Made by a program: the position numbers and the translations under genes. From the NCBI GenBank assembly GCA_017499595.2, contig CM038999.1:3720001-3784000 (forward strand): DNA of 64,000 nt. The letters run 5' to 3'. The DNA comes from Psilocybe cubensis (Eukaryota). Under the pieces are notes generated by a model. That model saw only the letters and a list, made by a program, of their open reading frames with translations. It did not search any database and had not been told where the DNA came from. Below are positions 62,841-64,000 of the stretch, one piece after another (the stretch's first letter is position 1; every line of letters starts with the position of its first letter).

Positions 62841-64000
62841 GTCGAAGTCGAATTCAAAGAACTCCAAACTCCAATGTCCAAACCCGAACCCAAAGTCCAA
62901 AGTCCAAACCTCAAACCAACACCCAGCACCCGAACCCAAAGTCACACACAGACGCTTGTTCATAAGGCTGTCATCGCGCACCGGGTTTTTTGTCATCGCG
63001 CACCTCGACCTGCTTGGTTTTCTTTATTCCTTATTTCGTGGGTTTTTTTGTTTTTGCGCGTCTGTCCGACCGACCGTCCGTCCGATGGGTTTCGCCTTTG
63101 GCCTTTTGCCTTTTGCTCGCCGCTACTACTTCTCCTCCTCATCCTTGACGACGTCTTCGCCGACGATCCGTGGTGACGTTTCAGTGCTTCATAAATGTTA
63201 CGATTGCCCCCTTTACCTTTTGCCCCGTCGCCCCTTCTCCTCCACATCCTCCACCACCACCACCACCACCTACTACTCTCCTGGTTGAACGTTTGTAGTC
63301 TATATTCAATGTTCAATTTTGTATTCCCATGTTCATATTCGTGTTCCCATGTTCGTATTCCATGTCCGTTTTCCGTTATTCCTTGTGCATTTCACACTGC
63401 TCCCCCCCGCTCCCCTCCACCCCCACTTGCGAGTTTACAAATATATGTCGCTTCGCTTTTTTTGGATTTTATTGGTGCTGTTACTATTACTATCCTCGTT
63501 TCCCTCACTCCTCCGTCCTCCGACCCACGACCTCTTCTTCCTCGCACCCCACCACCACCACCATCCTGTATCCCGACTCTCATCGACCTTTTTTTTTTCT
63601 GAACAAAATCGCCAGTTACGTTGGTTCCATCCGTCATTCGTCATCTATCCATCCGGCTAGTTCAAAACGAACATTTAAAACTACAACTACAGATTGGTGT
63701 GTCCTCGGTCTGTGCACTATCTGTAGATGGATGGATGGATGGGTGGATGGATGTTGCACTATTTTCTTCTTTTTTTTCTTTTTCTTCTGAATGTGTTGTT
63801 TGTCGTCTGCTCTTTTCACTTTTTTTCTCTTCAAGATTCAAGATTCAAGATTCAAGATTCAAAGTTGTATTCGTATCAGTCTTATCACTATATGCCCCCC
63901 CCCCGTCTCTTTCATTTATTTTTGCGTTCGTGTTCGTGTTCGTGTTCGTGTGGGAGTAAATCTTTACCACATTTCCCGTTCCAATCCCCATCACCATTCC

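Noticed and set aside
1-64000. tRNA/rRNA genes and transposable elements
   Set aside because: No cloverleaf with A/B boxes, rRNA motif, transposase/RT/integrase ORF, LTR or TIR pair was seen by eye; tRNAscan-SE, Rfam and RepeatModeler would be needed to exclude them.

Overview
Intron-rich fungal DNA, most consistent with an Agaricomycete basidiomycete: mostly 50-200 nt GT-AG introns with CTRAY branch sites, Agaricomycete-type F-box and TPR-CHAT genes, and CBM1 genes. About 15 protein genes plus one disrupted gene can be supported. The conserved or housekeeping genes are a Bem2-like PH/RasGEF/PH/RhoGAP gene, INO1, TIM50, a CBM1-CE16 acetylesterase, a RimJ/RimL GNAT and a small CBM1-only secreted protein. 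Among them lies a dispersed family of three intronless, protease-less TPR-array paralogs, one TPR-CHAT (caspase-like protease) gene and four F-box-like genes. The CHAT gene and two of the TPR-only genes each have an F-box neighbour; the third TPR-only gene sits tail-to-tail with the CHAT gene. The CHAT gene has an intact His/Cys dyad but carries two mutually compensating frameshifts and a CGA>TGA stop inside its TPR array. All three lesions fall within one candidate in-frame 672-nt GT-AG intron whose branch point is created by the stop mutation. No RNA genes, transposons or CRISPR arrays could be supported. All gene models are manual predictions; no database searches were run.
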